64,000 nucleotides of DNA, taken from contig CBDFNJ010000001.1 of assembly GCA_965250115.1 (NCBI GenBank), positions 1,450,175-1,514,174 of the forward strand, given 5' to 3'. Below, in pieces: positions 9,236 through 19,136 of this stretch. The notes under the pieces are model-generated. The model saw nothing but the letters and a program-made list of their open reading frames with translations, ran no database searches and was not told the DNA's origin. The stretch's first letter is position 1. Every line of letters starts with the position of its first letter. Source of the DNA: Candidatus Marinacidobacterales bacterium (GTDB lineage Bacteria > Acidobacteriota > Vicinamibacteria > Marinacidobacterales > SMYC01). A program made the translations under genes and the position numbers.

Positions 9236-10084
9236 TCAAGGAGCGGCCGACGAGCGCGATGAGACCTCGTCCGGAACGGCGTCGCGACGGGATGCCTCCC
9301 GACCCAGGCTGTCGAGTCGATCCAGGATCAACTGGCGACGATCGAGGACAAGCTGGCGATTCCTCCCCCAAATGTATTTCTTGAGTGCGCTCTTGATCTC
9401 TTTGTCCGTCAGTGCGCGCAGCCGCTCGATGAGATGCGGCGGATAGCGAGTCGGGAAACGATCGCGATTCTCGTCGTAGTCGACGTCCCAGAAACGAGCG
9501 TGGGTGCCGGTGCCTGGGCCGTGCAAGTTATTGAGCAGACCCTTCTCGAAACGGAACGTCTTCGAGTTGTCGATGAGCATCAGTCGGAAGTCCGGGGAAA
9601 CCATCGCGTTGTTCAAGTGGCGATCGATATTCGCGATGAGGTCGTCGAAAAGCCACATGACACTGACCTGGTCGCGCCAGTTCTCGACGTCGGGGAAGGT
9701 CTCGTCGAACTTCTTCATCGTCACCCCCGTCACCCACAGTTGAAGGCAGCCCCTCCGTCCACCGATCCGGCGGCCCACGGTCGGCGGAACCATCCCGAGA
9801 TTCAGGAGCTTGTCGAGCTGATAGGCAGCGACTTCGCTACGCCAGCTATCGTGACTCTTGTCGACCTTCTTGAAGACGGCGTGGCGTACGACGCCATCGA
9901 GCTCCATCGTCACTTTCTCCGGATTGGTCACGCCCGTGCCTATCTTCTCCCGGGAGGTGATGTCGGCCTCCCGCAGGAAGTGCTCGATCGCCTCGGCGTC
10001 GGGCCATAGCCGATCGGCCTCCTGGGCAAACGTGGCGCTCGTGCCGAGGACTACCGCGAGCAGTGCCTGAAATCCGTATCGCAT
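9236..10084 (-). CDS. secreted protein with atypical kinase-like motifs (DRHxxN catalytic-loop-like)
   Basis: A 282-aa ORF with an N-terminal signal peptide (MRYGFQALLAVVLGTSATFAQ). It has the motifs AVFKK, DDLIANIDRHLNNAMVSPD and LIDNS, reminiscent of PI3/4-kinase-like, CotH or Fam20-type atypical kinases. Confidence 0.5.
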   Translation of the reverse strand: MRYGFQALLAVVLGTSATFAQEADRLWPDAEAIEHFLREADITSREKIGTGVTNPEKVTMELDGVVRHAVFKKVDKSHDSWRSEVAAYQLDKLLNLGMVPPTVGRRIGGRRGCLQLWVTGVTMKKFDETFPDVENWRDQVSVMWLFDDLIANIDRHLNNAMVSPDFRLMLIDNSKTFRFEKGLLNNLHGPGTGTHARFWDVDYDENRDRFPTRYPPHLIERLRALTDKEIKSALKKYIWGRNRQLVLDRRQLILDRLDSLGREASRRDAVPDEVSSRSSAAP

Positions 10085-10169
10085 GAGAACCTTCGATGAC
10101 TAATTGATACACCGCTTTGGGCTCGTTTTCAAACTCCTTCCCGGAACGCCCCGGAGCTACAATCTCGTC

Positions 10170-10631
10170 ATGAAGCAAGTAGCCTGCTCCCTGCTCCTGG
10201 TTCTCGGAAGTACGTCTGCCAGCCGGGTCTGGGCCCAGAACCTGGAAACGGATCGCGAAGTCGTCCAAGTGGTCGAGCATTTCGTCGAGCTCACGAGCCA
10301 GCTTCGCCTCTACGCACTGGAGCACTACGTGACGACGGATGCGAACGTGATCGTAGCTCGCTCGACGAAGAGCGGTTTCGTAAATCGCGTCCTCGAGGCT
10401 GACGAGTGGCTCTCCGAGATGGAGCGCGGTCTCACCCCGGTACCGTTCCGGGAGGACTTGTCGAACTTCGACGTCTTTGTTGCGAGCGGCGAGCTTGCCG
10501 TCGTCCGAGCGGATTTCAAGATGGCACGGGGTGACCGAGCTGTCTCGTCGGGGATGAATATCTTTACACTAGTGCGTCTCGAAGGGCAATGGCGAATCGC
10601 ATCGATCGCCTATACCTCGATTCCGGAGTGA
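10170..10631 (+). CDS. secreted NTF2/SnoaL-like fold protein
   Basis: A signal peptide followed by a ~130-aa domain with the typical NTF2-like pattern. ATG 10170. Confidence 0.45.
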   Translation: MKQVACSLLLVLGSTSASRVWAQNLETDREVVQVVEHFVELTSQLRLYALEHYVTTDANVIVARSTKSGFVNRVLEADEWLSEMERGLTPVPFREDLSNFDVFVASGELAVVRADFKMARGDRAVSSGMNIFTLVRLEGQWRIASIAYTSIPE

Positions 10632-10635
10632 GTAC

Positions 10636-11250
10636 TCAAGGGGCTCTGAAGAGGAGGGCGTAGTCGTCGCCGCGCCACTCCAGGTCGCTTACGAGCTCGA
10701 AGCCGTCTCGCTCCATCTCGGAGACGACCACCTCTTTCTCGACCCCGTGGCCGCTGCGAGACTCGGGGATGCCGCTCGGACGAGCCCGGTAGCGCTTCGT
10801 ATCGAAGTCGACAATGAGCAGAAGGCCGTCGTCACTCAGGGCCTGCTTCAGGCTCGCGCGCATGGCGCCCGGTTCCTGAAAGTGATGGTAGACCCGTCGC
10901 AACAAGATGGCGTCGCAGCAAGCTGGGGGTAGGCCCGTTTCGTTCTGAGTCCCCTCGACGACGAGGACGTTGTCCAGACCGGCACGTTCAATGCGATCTC
11001 GAATCTTCTTCAGATCGTCGCGATCGACCTCGGTGGCATAGATACGCCCGGAGCCGCCCACCCGCTCTGCGAGCGCGGCGCTCCAGGTACCGTCGCCCGC
11101 ACCGACGTCGGCCACGACCTCGCCCTGCTCGATCTCGAGTACCTCGATGAGCCGATCGACTTCATTGGCGTCGAAGCCCTGTAGTAGCGCGAGCGCCGTG
11201 AATGCGAGAACGACCAAGACCGAGACGGAGATCGTGACGCGCCTGCTCAT
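10636..11250 (-). CDS. class I SAM-dependent methyltransferase with N-terminal TM/signal anchor
   Basis: Motif I DVGAGDGTWS and the post-I/II motifs are present. 204 aa. Confidence 0.7.
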   Translation of the reverse strand: MSRRVTISVSVLVVLAFTALALLQGFDANEVDRLIEVLEIEQGEVVADVGAGDGTWSAALAERVGGSGRIYATEVDRDDLKKIRDRIERAGLDNVLVVEGTQNETGLPPACCDAILLRRVYHHFQEPGAMRASLKQALSDDGLLLIVDFDTKRYRARPSGIPESRSGHGVEKEVVVSEMERDGFELVSDLEWRGDDYALLFRAP

Positions 11251-11261
11251 CGAAGGTCACA

Positions 11262-12128
11262 TCAGGCTATATTGACCCAGCTCGGCGCCCTCTCCAAATA
11301 GGTGCGGGCCACTAGAGAGACCTTTTCCGGAAACGACAACCCGATTCGGCGGCCGAAAACCCGGTAGCCCGACCTTTCGATGCGATCGAGCACACGATAG
11401 TAGACAGAGCCCATCAGACAGGTGCAGCGGCGGGAGTCGGAGTCGATCACGTCGAGTAGGGGCTCCGCGTCGTGATAGTGCGCCCGGACGCGCTGAACTT
11501 GAAATCTCATGAGCTCACGGAAGCCGGGCGTGACCTGCTCCCGTCGCAAGTCCTCTTCCGAGACGCCGAACCGTGCCATCTCGTCGGCGGGAAGGTAGAT
11601 GCGATCCTTGTCGATGTCGTCCCCGACGTCGCGAAGGATGTTGGTGAGCTGAAATGCCGTCGCCAAATCCCTGCCTCGTGCGACTGCCTCATTGGCTCGA
11701 TAGCCGAAGATCGCGAGCGACATGGTTGAGATCGTCGTAGCGACCAAATCGCTATAGACCATCAGCTCGGCGAAATCGTCGTAGCGATTCTTCACTAGAT
11801 CCATGCGGCAGCCCTCGATGAGGCCTGCGAAGGCGGATTTGGGAATGGGATATCGCTCGGCCGTATCCGCGAGCGCGACGGCGATGGGCCGCGTCGGGTC
11901 GCCACGATAGCAGCGCTCGAGCTCCTCCTCCCAGAGGTCGAGGCTCTCGCGGACGTCGCCACCGGGGTTCTCGTCTACGGCGTCATCGACGAAGCGGCAG
12001 AACGCATAGGCCGCATAGACGGCGTCGCGTTTTGCCCTGGGGAGGAAACGGAACCCCACCGAAAAGTTCGGTCCGGAACGATGTGCGACCCGGCGGCAAA
12101 GTGCGTAGGCCCTATCGAGCTCGGTCAT
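11262..12128 (-). CDS. squalene/phytoene synthase family protein (HpnD/CrtB-like)
   Basis: It has the DD-rich motifs (FCRFVDDAVD, ILRDVGDDIDKDRIYLP) of the trans-isoprenyl diphosphate synthase head-to-head family. The true start is MTELD at 12128. The ORF extension up to 12188 is read-through of the IS inverted repeat. Confidence 0.75.
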   Translation of the reverse strand: MTELDRAYALCRRVAHRSGPNFSVGFRFLPRAKRDAVYAAYAFCRFVDDAVDENPGGDVRESLDLWEEELERCYRGDPTRPIAVALADTAERYPIPKSAFAGLIEGCRMDLVKNRYDDFAELMVYSDLVATTISTMSLAIFGYRANEAVARGRDLATAFQLTNILRDVGDDIDKDRIYLPADEMARFGVSEEDLRREQVTPGFRELMRFQVQRVRAHYHDAEPLLDVIDSDSRRCTCLMGSVYYRVLDRIERSGYRVFGRRIGLSFPEKVSLVARTYLERAPSWVNIA

Positions 12129-12152
12129 AGCGAAGGGATGCTTCTTTTTTCT

Positions 12153-12812
12153 GGGTCTACGCGGATTCGTGTGGGTTGAAGACGGCATTTCTGGGTAATG
12201 GCGGAAGGAATGCCGCCACGATCTTCAGCTTGAGATATTCCTCGTCGCGATAGCCGTAGGCGCGTCGTTGCAGCACACGGATTTTGTTGTTGACCCCTTC
12301 AACTGGGAGGCGCAGACGTTCCATCTCGGCCACCGCCTTGTCCGGCACAGCTTGCCCACATGCGTCGCAAAACGCTAGGTGTAGCGCGAGTTGTTCGCCA
12401 GCCAGTCCAGGTGTTCTACATGCACACCGCCGCACCCAGGACAGTTGACGCGCCAACGCTCGTATTCCAGATAGATCCGCCAGCCTGCCAACGACGGGTC
12501 GCGGACCCGGCACACTTGCTTGTCATAGCGCCCCCGGCACCGTTGCCCACAGTAAGAGCACACAGCTGTTTTTTCGCCTCTTGAGCTGGATGACGCGGGC
12601 GTATCGGTCACCGAATAGACCCTTCAATCCGGCACACCACGAAACCTGGCAGCGCAAACAGCGAGCGGATCGACTGGGAATTTTTCACTCGGTTAGCCTA
12701 TCCTAAAAATGGACCACTTCTCAGCACCTGATGAAGTACTCGATACCTTTTCCACACAATGAGTTACACTGTTTTTCCGTCAGGACTTACCCACACGAAT
12801 CCGCGTAGACCC
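12153..12812. mobile_element. internally deleted ISL3-family insertion sequence (MITE-like, ~660 bp) bounded by 24-bp perfect inverted repeats
   Basis: GGGTCTACGCGGATTCGTGTGGGT at 12153-12176 is perfectly inverted at 12789-12812. Between these repeats lie N- and C-terminal fragments of an ISL3 transposase. Confidence 0.6.
12157..12611 (-). pseudogene. ISL3-family transposase remnants (N-terminal zinc-finger fragment and C-terminal fragment, different frames, middle deleted)
   Basis: The N-terminal fragment is CSYCGQRC...VRDPSLAGWRIYLEYERWRVNCPGCGGVHVEHLDW...RYT. The C-terminal fragment is ...GVNNKIRVLQRRAYGYRDEEYLKLKIVAAF, the hallmark ISL3 C-terminus. Confidence 0.6.
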
Positions 12813-14163
12813 ACAAAAGTTATCGATCCCGCACTCTCGACCTCGGAAAGATAGCGCATGGGCGATACGAGGAGCTCGCTCTGGCGAGTGGGTGAGAGCA
12901 CGGTTGCGTTCTCCGGGAGCGCTCCCAGAGCGCCGCTCGCGAAGTCCCTCGCGCTCTGCAGGTCTCTGCGATCCGGATTGAGCTGAAACGCCAAGGGATC
13001 CAGGGGGAGCTCGACGGGAGCGTCGGAGGAGAGCTTCCGCGCGTCGCTCCATCCTCGCCTGACGCACCGCCATGGGCGCGAAGCGGTAGATGACCAGCGG
13101 CGAGGTCGAGAGCACGATCGCGATCGCGAAGCCTTGCCAGCTCCCGCTCGAAAGGAGCTTCCACCAGCCGAAGCCGACGGCTATCGACAATATGACCCAC
13201 ACCGGCAGATAGGCGGGAACGGGCCTTTCCAGATCCAGAGTGATCACGAGAAAGCCATAGAGGAGAAACATTGGAAACACGAGAAAGAACACGTACTTCT
13301 GGCGGCGATAGAGCTCCCACAGCCCGATCAACCCAATCACTGCGGTCCAGGGCGGAAAGTTCAAGAGAAGCATCGCTCCGAAACGGAGCAGGGACTCCTT
13401 CAACGGCTGATCCCAGACGAGCATCATGTGATCCCAGAAGAAGAGCCAGGTCTTTTGCTCCGCCGGAATTTGAAACCCTGTCCTGGTCCACCCCCATGCG
13501 GCGACGGCAAGCGCCAATGACGCACCGACCACGAATACGGCAAGACCTCGGAAGCGCACGGCCCCGGCGTTGCGAATCAACGGAGGTTGCACGACACGAA
13601 CGAAAATGAGAATGATCGGAATCAGAAAGGCGAGGAGCAAGTTGTTTGCGAGCGCGAGGCCCAGAATCCCCATTCCCAAATAGAGATTGAGCGCGCCGCC
13701 GAGGTTCGCGAAGCGGATCAGGAAATAGAGGACCGCCGCGAGGAGCAATGCGTCGAGCGGCTCGGGGCCCGGTGTGACCGCTCGCATCCAAAACGTGTGC
13801 GAGACACCCAGCGAGGATCCCCACCCGTCGGGAAATGAACTGGGGCGCCATCTGGAGAAGGATTTTCAAGAGCAGATAGACGAACAGGCAAGCGCCCGCG
13901 GCGAAGGCCGCCGAAGCCCAGTTCGCGCGCCGAGCCAGCTCGCCCCAGGGAAGAAACAAAAACGGCTGAGAGAGAAAGACGAACAGCGGTCGATCCCAGG
14001 GTCCTTCACCGAACTCCGTTTGTGCGACGCGTCTCTGGTATTCCGCGCCCTCCATCCAACCAACGTCGGACGGCCCGGTAATAAAGTAGAAACCGAAAGC
14101 ACCGACGAAGACCGCGACCGCGACTCCGATGTTCAGCGCGTCCCTTGCAAAGCGACCTTTCAA
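12780..14163 (-). pseudogene. large polytopic membrane protein (DUF2723/PMT-like glycosyltransferase fold), frameshifted and 3'-truncated by the IS
   Basis: The N-terminal 125 aa (14163 to ~13800) are in one frame and the continuation (13787 to 12780) is in another. The last 11 codons (CGSTRIRVGKS) are encoded by the IS inverted repeat, so the original C-terminus is lost. Confidence 0.45.
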
Positions 14164-14358
14164 TGGAATCCCTCTCGACGGCTACAGCCCAAGGAAGGAA
14201 ACTCTACACAGTGTAACAACGGGATGCCAGCAGTTACTTTCACAGGTACCGCTCGAGGTGGTAGTATCCATGGGTTGCGCGGCCATCGCACCGCAATCCT
14301 GTGCGGCACGACGGAGAACGCTCCGTCGTTCTAGCTGCGCGCTCAATTCGGAGGCCAT

Positions 14359-16149
14359 ATGTCGAATGGGTACGATTTCGCCTTTGCCATCGGCGGGGCC
14401 GCAGGGCAGGGCATCGCGACGCCCGGAAATATTTTGGCGCGAATGTTCGTGCGTCGTGGGCTCCACTTATACGCCTATAACGCGTATCAGTCCATTATCC
14501 GCGGGGGGCACATCCTGCTCACGATCCGGGTGAAGAACGAGCCAGTGGAGAGTCACGGTGACATTCTCCACCTTCTGCTATGCCTGAATCAGGACACCAT
14601 GGATCGCCACGCGCGACACGTCGACAAGGGTGGTCACGTTATCTACAACGGCGACGACGTGAAGCCCAGTGAAGTCGCGGATGGCGTCCACCTATGTGGC
14701 CTTCCCATCAAGGAGTTGACGGAGAACCACCGCAACAAACTCGTACAGAATACGGTCACTCTCGGCGCGATGGTCAGCATCATGGGTGCCGATTTCGAGG
14801 TACTCGAAGAGGCGCTGACGCTCCAGTTCGAGCGCAAGGGCCAAGAGGTCGTGGACGACAACGTGAGGATGGCCCGGGCGGGCTACGACTTCGCCAAGGC
14901 CAATTTCGAAGCGGCTCCCAATCCGCTACCGGAAGGCATCAAGCCTTTGGCGGTCTGGACGGGCAACGAGGCCCTCGCCATGGGTGGAGCGGCGGCGGGC
15001 GTCAAGTTCTATACCGCCTACCCCATGAGCCCCGCCACGGGCGTGCTTCACTGGATGGCAAAGAACGCCCGCGAATGCGGCATCATGGTTCGGCAAATCG
15101 AGGACGAGATCGGCGTAGCCAATGTCGCCATCGGCGCGGCGCATGCCGGCTGTCGCACCATGTGCGCGACTGCGGGCGGCGGCTTTGCCCTCATGACCGA
15201 AGCGGTCGGCGCCGCGGCGATGATGGAAGTACCCGTCGTTTTCATCAACGTACAGCGGGCCGGCCCGTCGACGGGTGTTCCAACGAAAACGGAACAAGGG
15301 GATCTCTGGCAAGTCCTCGGCGCCAGCCAGGGTGATTTCGAGAGGATCATCGTCGCGCCGAAGAACGCACTCGATGCCTTCGACACCGTCGCCGAGCTCT
15401 TCAATCTCGTGGACCTCTACCAATGCCCGGGGCTGTTGCTCTCGGACCTCCTCATCTCCGAAGGCACTTTCAGCATCGACCCCGATAACATCCAGATGCA
15501 TCCGGAAATCAATCGTGGTGCGCTCATCACCAAGGCCAACGGAACGAACGACTACAACCGTTACGCGAATACCGACAGCGGCATCTCTCCGCGCGCGATT
15601 CCTGGCATCCAGGGGCACGTCCACGTCGCACCGACGGATGAGCACGACGAAGACGGCGTGCTCATCAGCGACGAGTATACGAACCCGCACAAGCGGCGCA
15701 TGATGGTCGAGAAGCGTGCACGCAAGCTGAGCACGTTCTTCGACAAAGTGAAGGCGCCAGAGCTAGAAGGTCCGAAGGATGCGGAAGTGACCCTGGTCGG
15801 TTGGGGATCGACCGAAGGCGTCATCCGCGAAGCTCGCGCGCTCCTTGCAGAACAAGGTGTGACTGCGAACCAGCTCGCGGTCAAGTGGATCGTGCCGTTC
15901 CACGCGGACCCTATAGCAGGCATCCTTTCGAAGTGCAAAAAGACGCTCATCGTCGAGAACAACTACTCTGGTCAGTTCTATCGCTATCTACGAAGTGAAA
16001 CCGGGCTCAGCGTGGACGGTCACATCCGCAAGTACGACGGCGAGCCCTTCCAGCCACATCACGTGGCGGAGGGCGTCACGGACCACCTGGGCGACAAGAA
16101 GGGCGTGGAAGACGGCGTCTTCGTGCCCTTTCAGGAAATACTGGTTTAA
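14359..16149 (+). CDS. korA: 2-oxoacid:ferredoxin oxidoreductase subunit alpha (fused gamma-alpha type, KorA)
   Basis: A 596-aa protein with N-terminal gamma-like and alpha-domain motifs. RBS GGAGG 14350-14354. Confidence 0.8.
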   Translation: MSNGYDFAFAIGGAAGQGIATPGNILARMFVRRGLHLYAYNAYQSIIRGGHILLTIRVKNEPVESHGDILHLLLCLNQDTMDRHARHVDKGGHVIYNGDDVKPSEVADGVHLCGLPIKELTENHRNKLVQNTVTLGAMVSIMGADFEVLEEALTLQFERKGQEVVDDNVRMARAGYDFAKANFEAAPNPLPEGIKPLAVWTGNEALAMGGAAAGVKFYTAYPMSPATGVLHWMAKNARECGIMVRQIEDEIGVANVAIGAAHAGCRTMCATAGGGFALMTEAVGAAAMMEVPVVFINVQRAGPSTGVPTKTEQGDLWQVLGASQGDFERIIVAPKNALDAFDTVAELFNLVDLYQCPGLLLSDLLISEGTFSIDPDNIQMHPEINRGALITKANGTNDYNRYANTDSGISPRAIPGIQGHVHVAPTDEHDEDGVLISDEYTNPHKRRMMVEKRARKLSTFFDKVKAPELEGPKDAEVTLVGWGSTEGVIREARALLAEQGVTANQLAVKWIVPFHADPIAGILSKCKKTLIVENNYSGQFYRYLRSETGLSVDGHIRKYDGEPFQPHHVAEGVTDHLGDKKGVEDGVFVPFQEILV

Positions 16150-16163
16150 GGGGAGAGAACGCA

Positions 16164-17054
16164 ATGGCAACGACGACTCTCGCAGAGCTCAAGCCCAAGG
16201 ACTACAAAGGCAAGGTCGACCCCGACTGGTGTCCCGGTTGCGGTGACTTCGGTCTTCTCGCGGGCGTGCAGCGCGCCCTGGCCCAGCTCGGTCGCAAACC
16301 CCACGAAGTTCTCTGCGTGTCGGGGATCGGTTGCTCGTCCAACTTTCCCGGGTATCTCAATGCCTACGGCATGCACACCCTGCACGGGCGTTCTCTCGCG
16401 GTGGCGACGGGGGCGAAGTTCAGCAACCACGAGCTCACCGTGCTGGTGACGGGGGGGGACGGGGACGGCTACGGCATCGGCGGAAACCATTTCGCGCACA
16501 CCGCTCGCCGCAATGTGGATTTGACCTACCTCGTCATGAACAATCAGATCTACGGTTTGACGACGGGTCAGGTGAGTCCCAGCAGCGCCATCGGAATGAA
16601 GACGAAGTCGACGCCTTTCGGAAACCTCGAGCGTCCAGTGAATCCGGTTACGACGGCCATCATGAACGGGGCGACCTTCGTTGCCCGAGGGTTCTCAGGC
16701 CACGGGAAACACCTCGTGTCCATCGTCAAACAGGCCATCGAGCACAAAGGGTTCTCACTCGTCGACGTCTTCAGCCCTTGTGTGACCTTCAATCACGATG
16801 ATACCTATGAGTTCTTCCGCGAGCGCATCCAGCAGCTCGAAGAGGAAGGACACGATCCCACCGACTGGAAGTCGGCCTGCGAAAAAGCGATGCATTGGGA
16901 CGACAAGATCTATACGGGAGTTTACTTCAAGAATGACGACGTCGGGACGCTTCACGAGCTCGAACCGGTGCTCCAGGACGGCGTCCCACTGGCCCATCGC
17001 GAACCGGCCCTGATCAAAGAACAGAGCGGGCGGATTATCAGACGGATGATGTAG
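16164..17054 (+). CDS. korB: 2-oxoacid:ferredoxin oxidoreductase subunit beta (TPP-binding, KorB)
   Basis: It has the CPGCGDFG and TPP-binding GGDGDGYGIGGNH motifs. It lies 15 bp after korA. Confidence 0.8.
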   Translation: MATTTLAELKPKDYKGKVDPDWCPGCGDFGLLAGVQRALAQLGRKPHEVLCVSGIGCSSNFPGYLNAYGMHTLHGRSLAVATGAKFSNHELTVLVTGGDGDGYGIGGNHFAHTARRNVDLTYLVMNNQIYGLTTGQVSPSSAIGMKTKSTPFGNLERPVNPVTTAIMNGATFVARGFSGHGKHLVSIVKQAIEHKGFSLVDVFSPCVTFNHDDTYEFFRERIQQLEEEGHDPTDWKSACEKAMHWDDKIYTGVYFKNDDVGTLHELEPVLQDGVPLAHREPALIKEQSGRIIRRMM

Positions 17055-17198
17055 TCCTCGAAACAGCAGGGGACAGGCTTCGGTTCTCGAGGGCATTGTT
17101 TCCCACATGCGAAGCCTTCGCGCGAGAAGCGAAGCCTGTTCCCGAACACCAGCCCACTAGCGTTTCCGAACTCGTCGGCGCCGCAAGCCCGGGCACAC

Positions 17199-19136
17199 TT
17201 GACCCGGGCTCCGAGACTCGCTAGCATGTTTGTCGCTCCCCCCCGACACAGAGAAAACGGAAGACCGAGAAGACCGAAAGGTTTGTCGGGCGAGATGCGT
17301 TCTGTTTTCGTGTGGACGAAGGAGCCTGGGTGGCTTTCGCGTGACGCCTATCCGGAGGTTCATCAGCGTTTCGAGATCGAGCAGATCCACGAGGACTCGA
17401 CACTTCCGTCGCGTGCCGGGGTTCTTCTGGTGGACCAAGCGCTGGTCATCGAGCGACGCGCGGACATCGAAGCCTTCGCACGCGACCCGGGAAAAGTGAG
17501 GCGACCCGTCATCGCCGTGGCGCCTGCACCGGATTCCAGTGACGAGCTCGAGATCGTTTTCGAGGTCGTCGAGCGGCCGCCCCGGCCAAACGATCTTCTG
17601 CGCAAGCTCAACAACGCGACCTACTATCTGGACAACCAGCTTCGCCTCGAGGAGTCGCAAAGAGCGGCCGAGCAAAAGGCCCAGGAGCTCGTCGATCTGC
17701 AGGTTATCGGCATCGCTCTTTCGGCCGAGCACGACCACGAACGGCTTCTGAATCTAATCCTCAGCAAGGCTCGTGAGATCACGAACGCGGACGCGGGAAG
17801 CCTGTTTCTCGTTGCCAAGTTGGATATGCCGATCGAGCTGCCCGACGGTACCTTGCGGCGCGTCGGAGGACGATGGCTGCGCTTTCGTCTGTCGCAAAAC
17901 GACTCTCTCGAGCTCCGTTTCGAGGAGGACATCCTCGAGATCGGTTCGGATAGCATCGCGGGTTACGTCGCTCAAACCAGCGAAACGCTCAACCTCGAGG
18001 ACGCCTATGCGCCGCCGGCGGACAAGCCTTTCGTGATCAACCGAAGCTTCGATCAAGCCACGGGCTACCGAACCCGCTCGATCCTCGTGGTTCCGATGCA
18101 GAATCACGAGGGGGAGAACATCGGGGTTCTCCAGCTCATCAACAAGAAGAAGGCGCGCGACATGGTCCTCGACAGTGCGGAGAGCTTCGAGCAGAACGTG
18201 CTCAGCTTCGACGAGCACGACGAGCGCCTCGTGCGGTCACTGGCGAGCCAGGCGGCGGTCTCCGTCGAGAACAACAGTCTCTACCTTCAGCGAGAAAACC
18301 TCTTCGCCCGCTTCGTCGACGCGGCCGTCCAGGCCATCGAGAGTCGGGACCCCACGACGCAGGGTCACTCGAGGCGCGTCGCCGCCATGACGACAGAGTT
18401 GGCGCGCGTGACGAATCGAGTCGAGCGTGGACCCTATCGAGACTTCCGATTGAGCAGCGAGCAGGTTCGCGAGCTGAAGTACGCGGCACTGTTGCACGAT
18501 TTCGGCAAGGTCGGGGTCAAAGAGCGGGTTCTCGTCAAGGCAACCAAGCTCTACCATGGCCAGCTTTCCGTCGTGCGTCAGAGATTCAAGACCATTCGAC
18601 GAACGCTCGAAGTGCAGTATTTACGCCAGATGCTCGACCGCCTGCTTCGCAACGACGCCACGCCCGAGCAAATCGAGTAGATGAAAGAAGAGCTCGCCCG
18701 GAGCCTGAGCGTCGTCGATGAGGCTCGGGGTGCCGTCGAGGGGGCCAACAAGCCAACGGTGCGCCACCATTCCGACTTCGCGCGACTCGAGGAGCTCGGA
18801 GCCGAGACTTTCGAGGACGTCGATGGGAGCGAGAAGCCTTATCTCGAGCCCGAAGAGATCGTCTCCTTGACGGTTTCGAGAGGTACCTTGACTGATGGCG
18901 AAAGAAAGATGATCCAATCGCACGTCGACCATACCTATGATTTCCTTTCTACGATTCCGTGGACTCGGGACCTGCAGAACATCCCGGTTCTCGCGCAGAG
19001 CCACCACGAGAAGCTCGATGGAACCGGCTACTCGAATGGTCTCGGCGCCGAAGAGATACCGCCTCAAACGCGCATGATGACGATTTCCGATATCTACGAC
19101 GCGCTCACCGCTAGAGACCGACCCTACAAACCCCTC
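17199..19136 (+). pseudogene. GAF + HD-GYP domain c-di-GMP phosphodiesterase, interrupted by an in-frame TAG (18678-18680) and 3'-truncated by an IS3 insertion
   Basis: It has HD motifs (HSRRVAAMT..., LLHDFGK) and HHEKLDGTGYS (the HD-GYP signature with P to S). ORFs 17199-18680 and 18681-19205 share the same frame across a single TAG. Homology stops at 19136 (..DRPYKPL), where the IS left repeat begins. The start is uncertain (TTG 17199, ATG 17226 or 17293). Confidence 0.65.

Noticed and set aside
11262-12188. N-terminal extension MPSSTHTNPRRPRKKKHPFA of the phytoene/squalene synthase ORF
   Set aside because: It is encoded by the ISL3 inverted repeat. The conserved start is MTELD at 12128.
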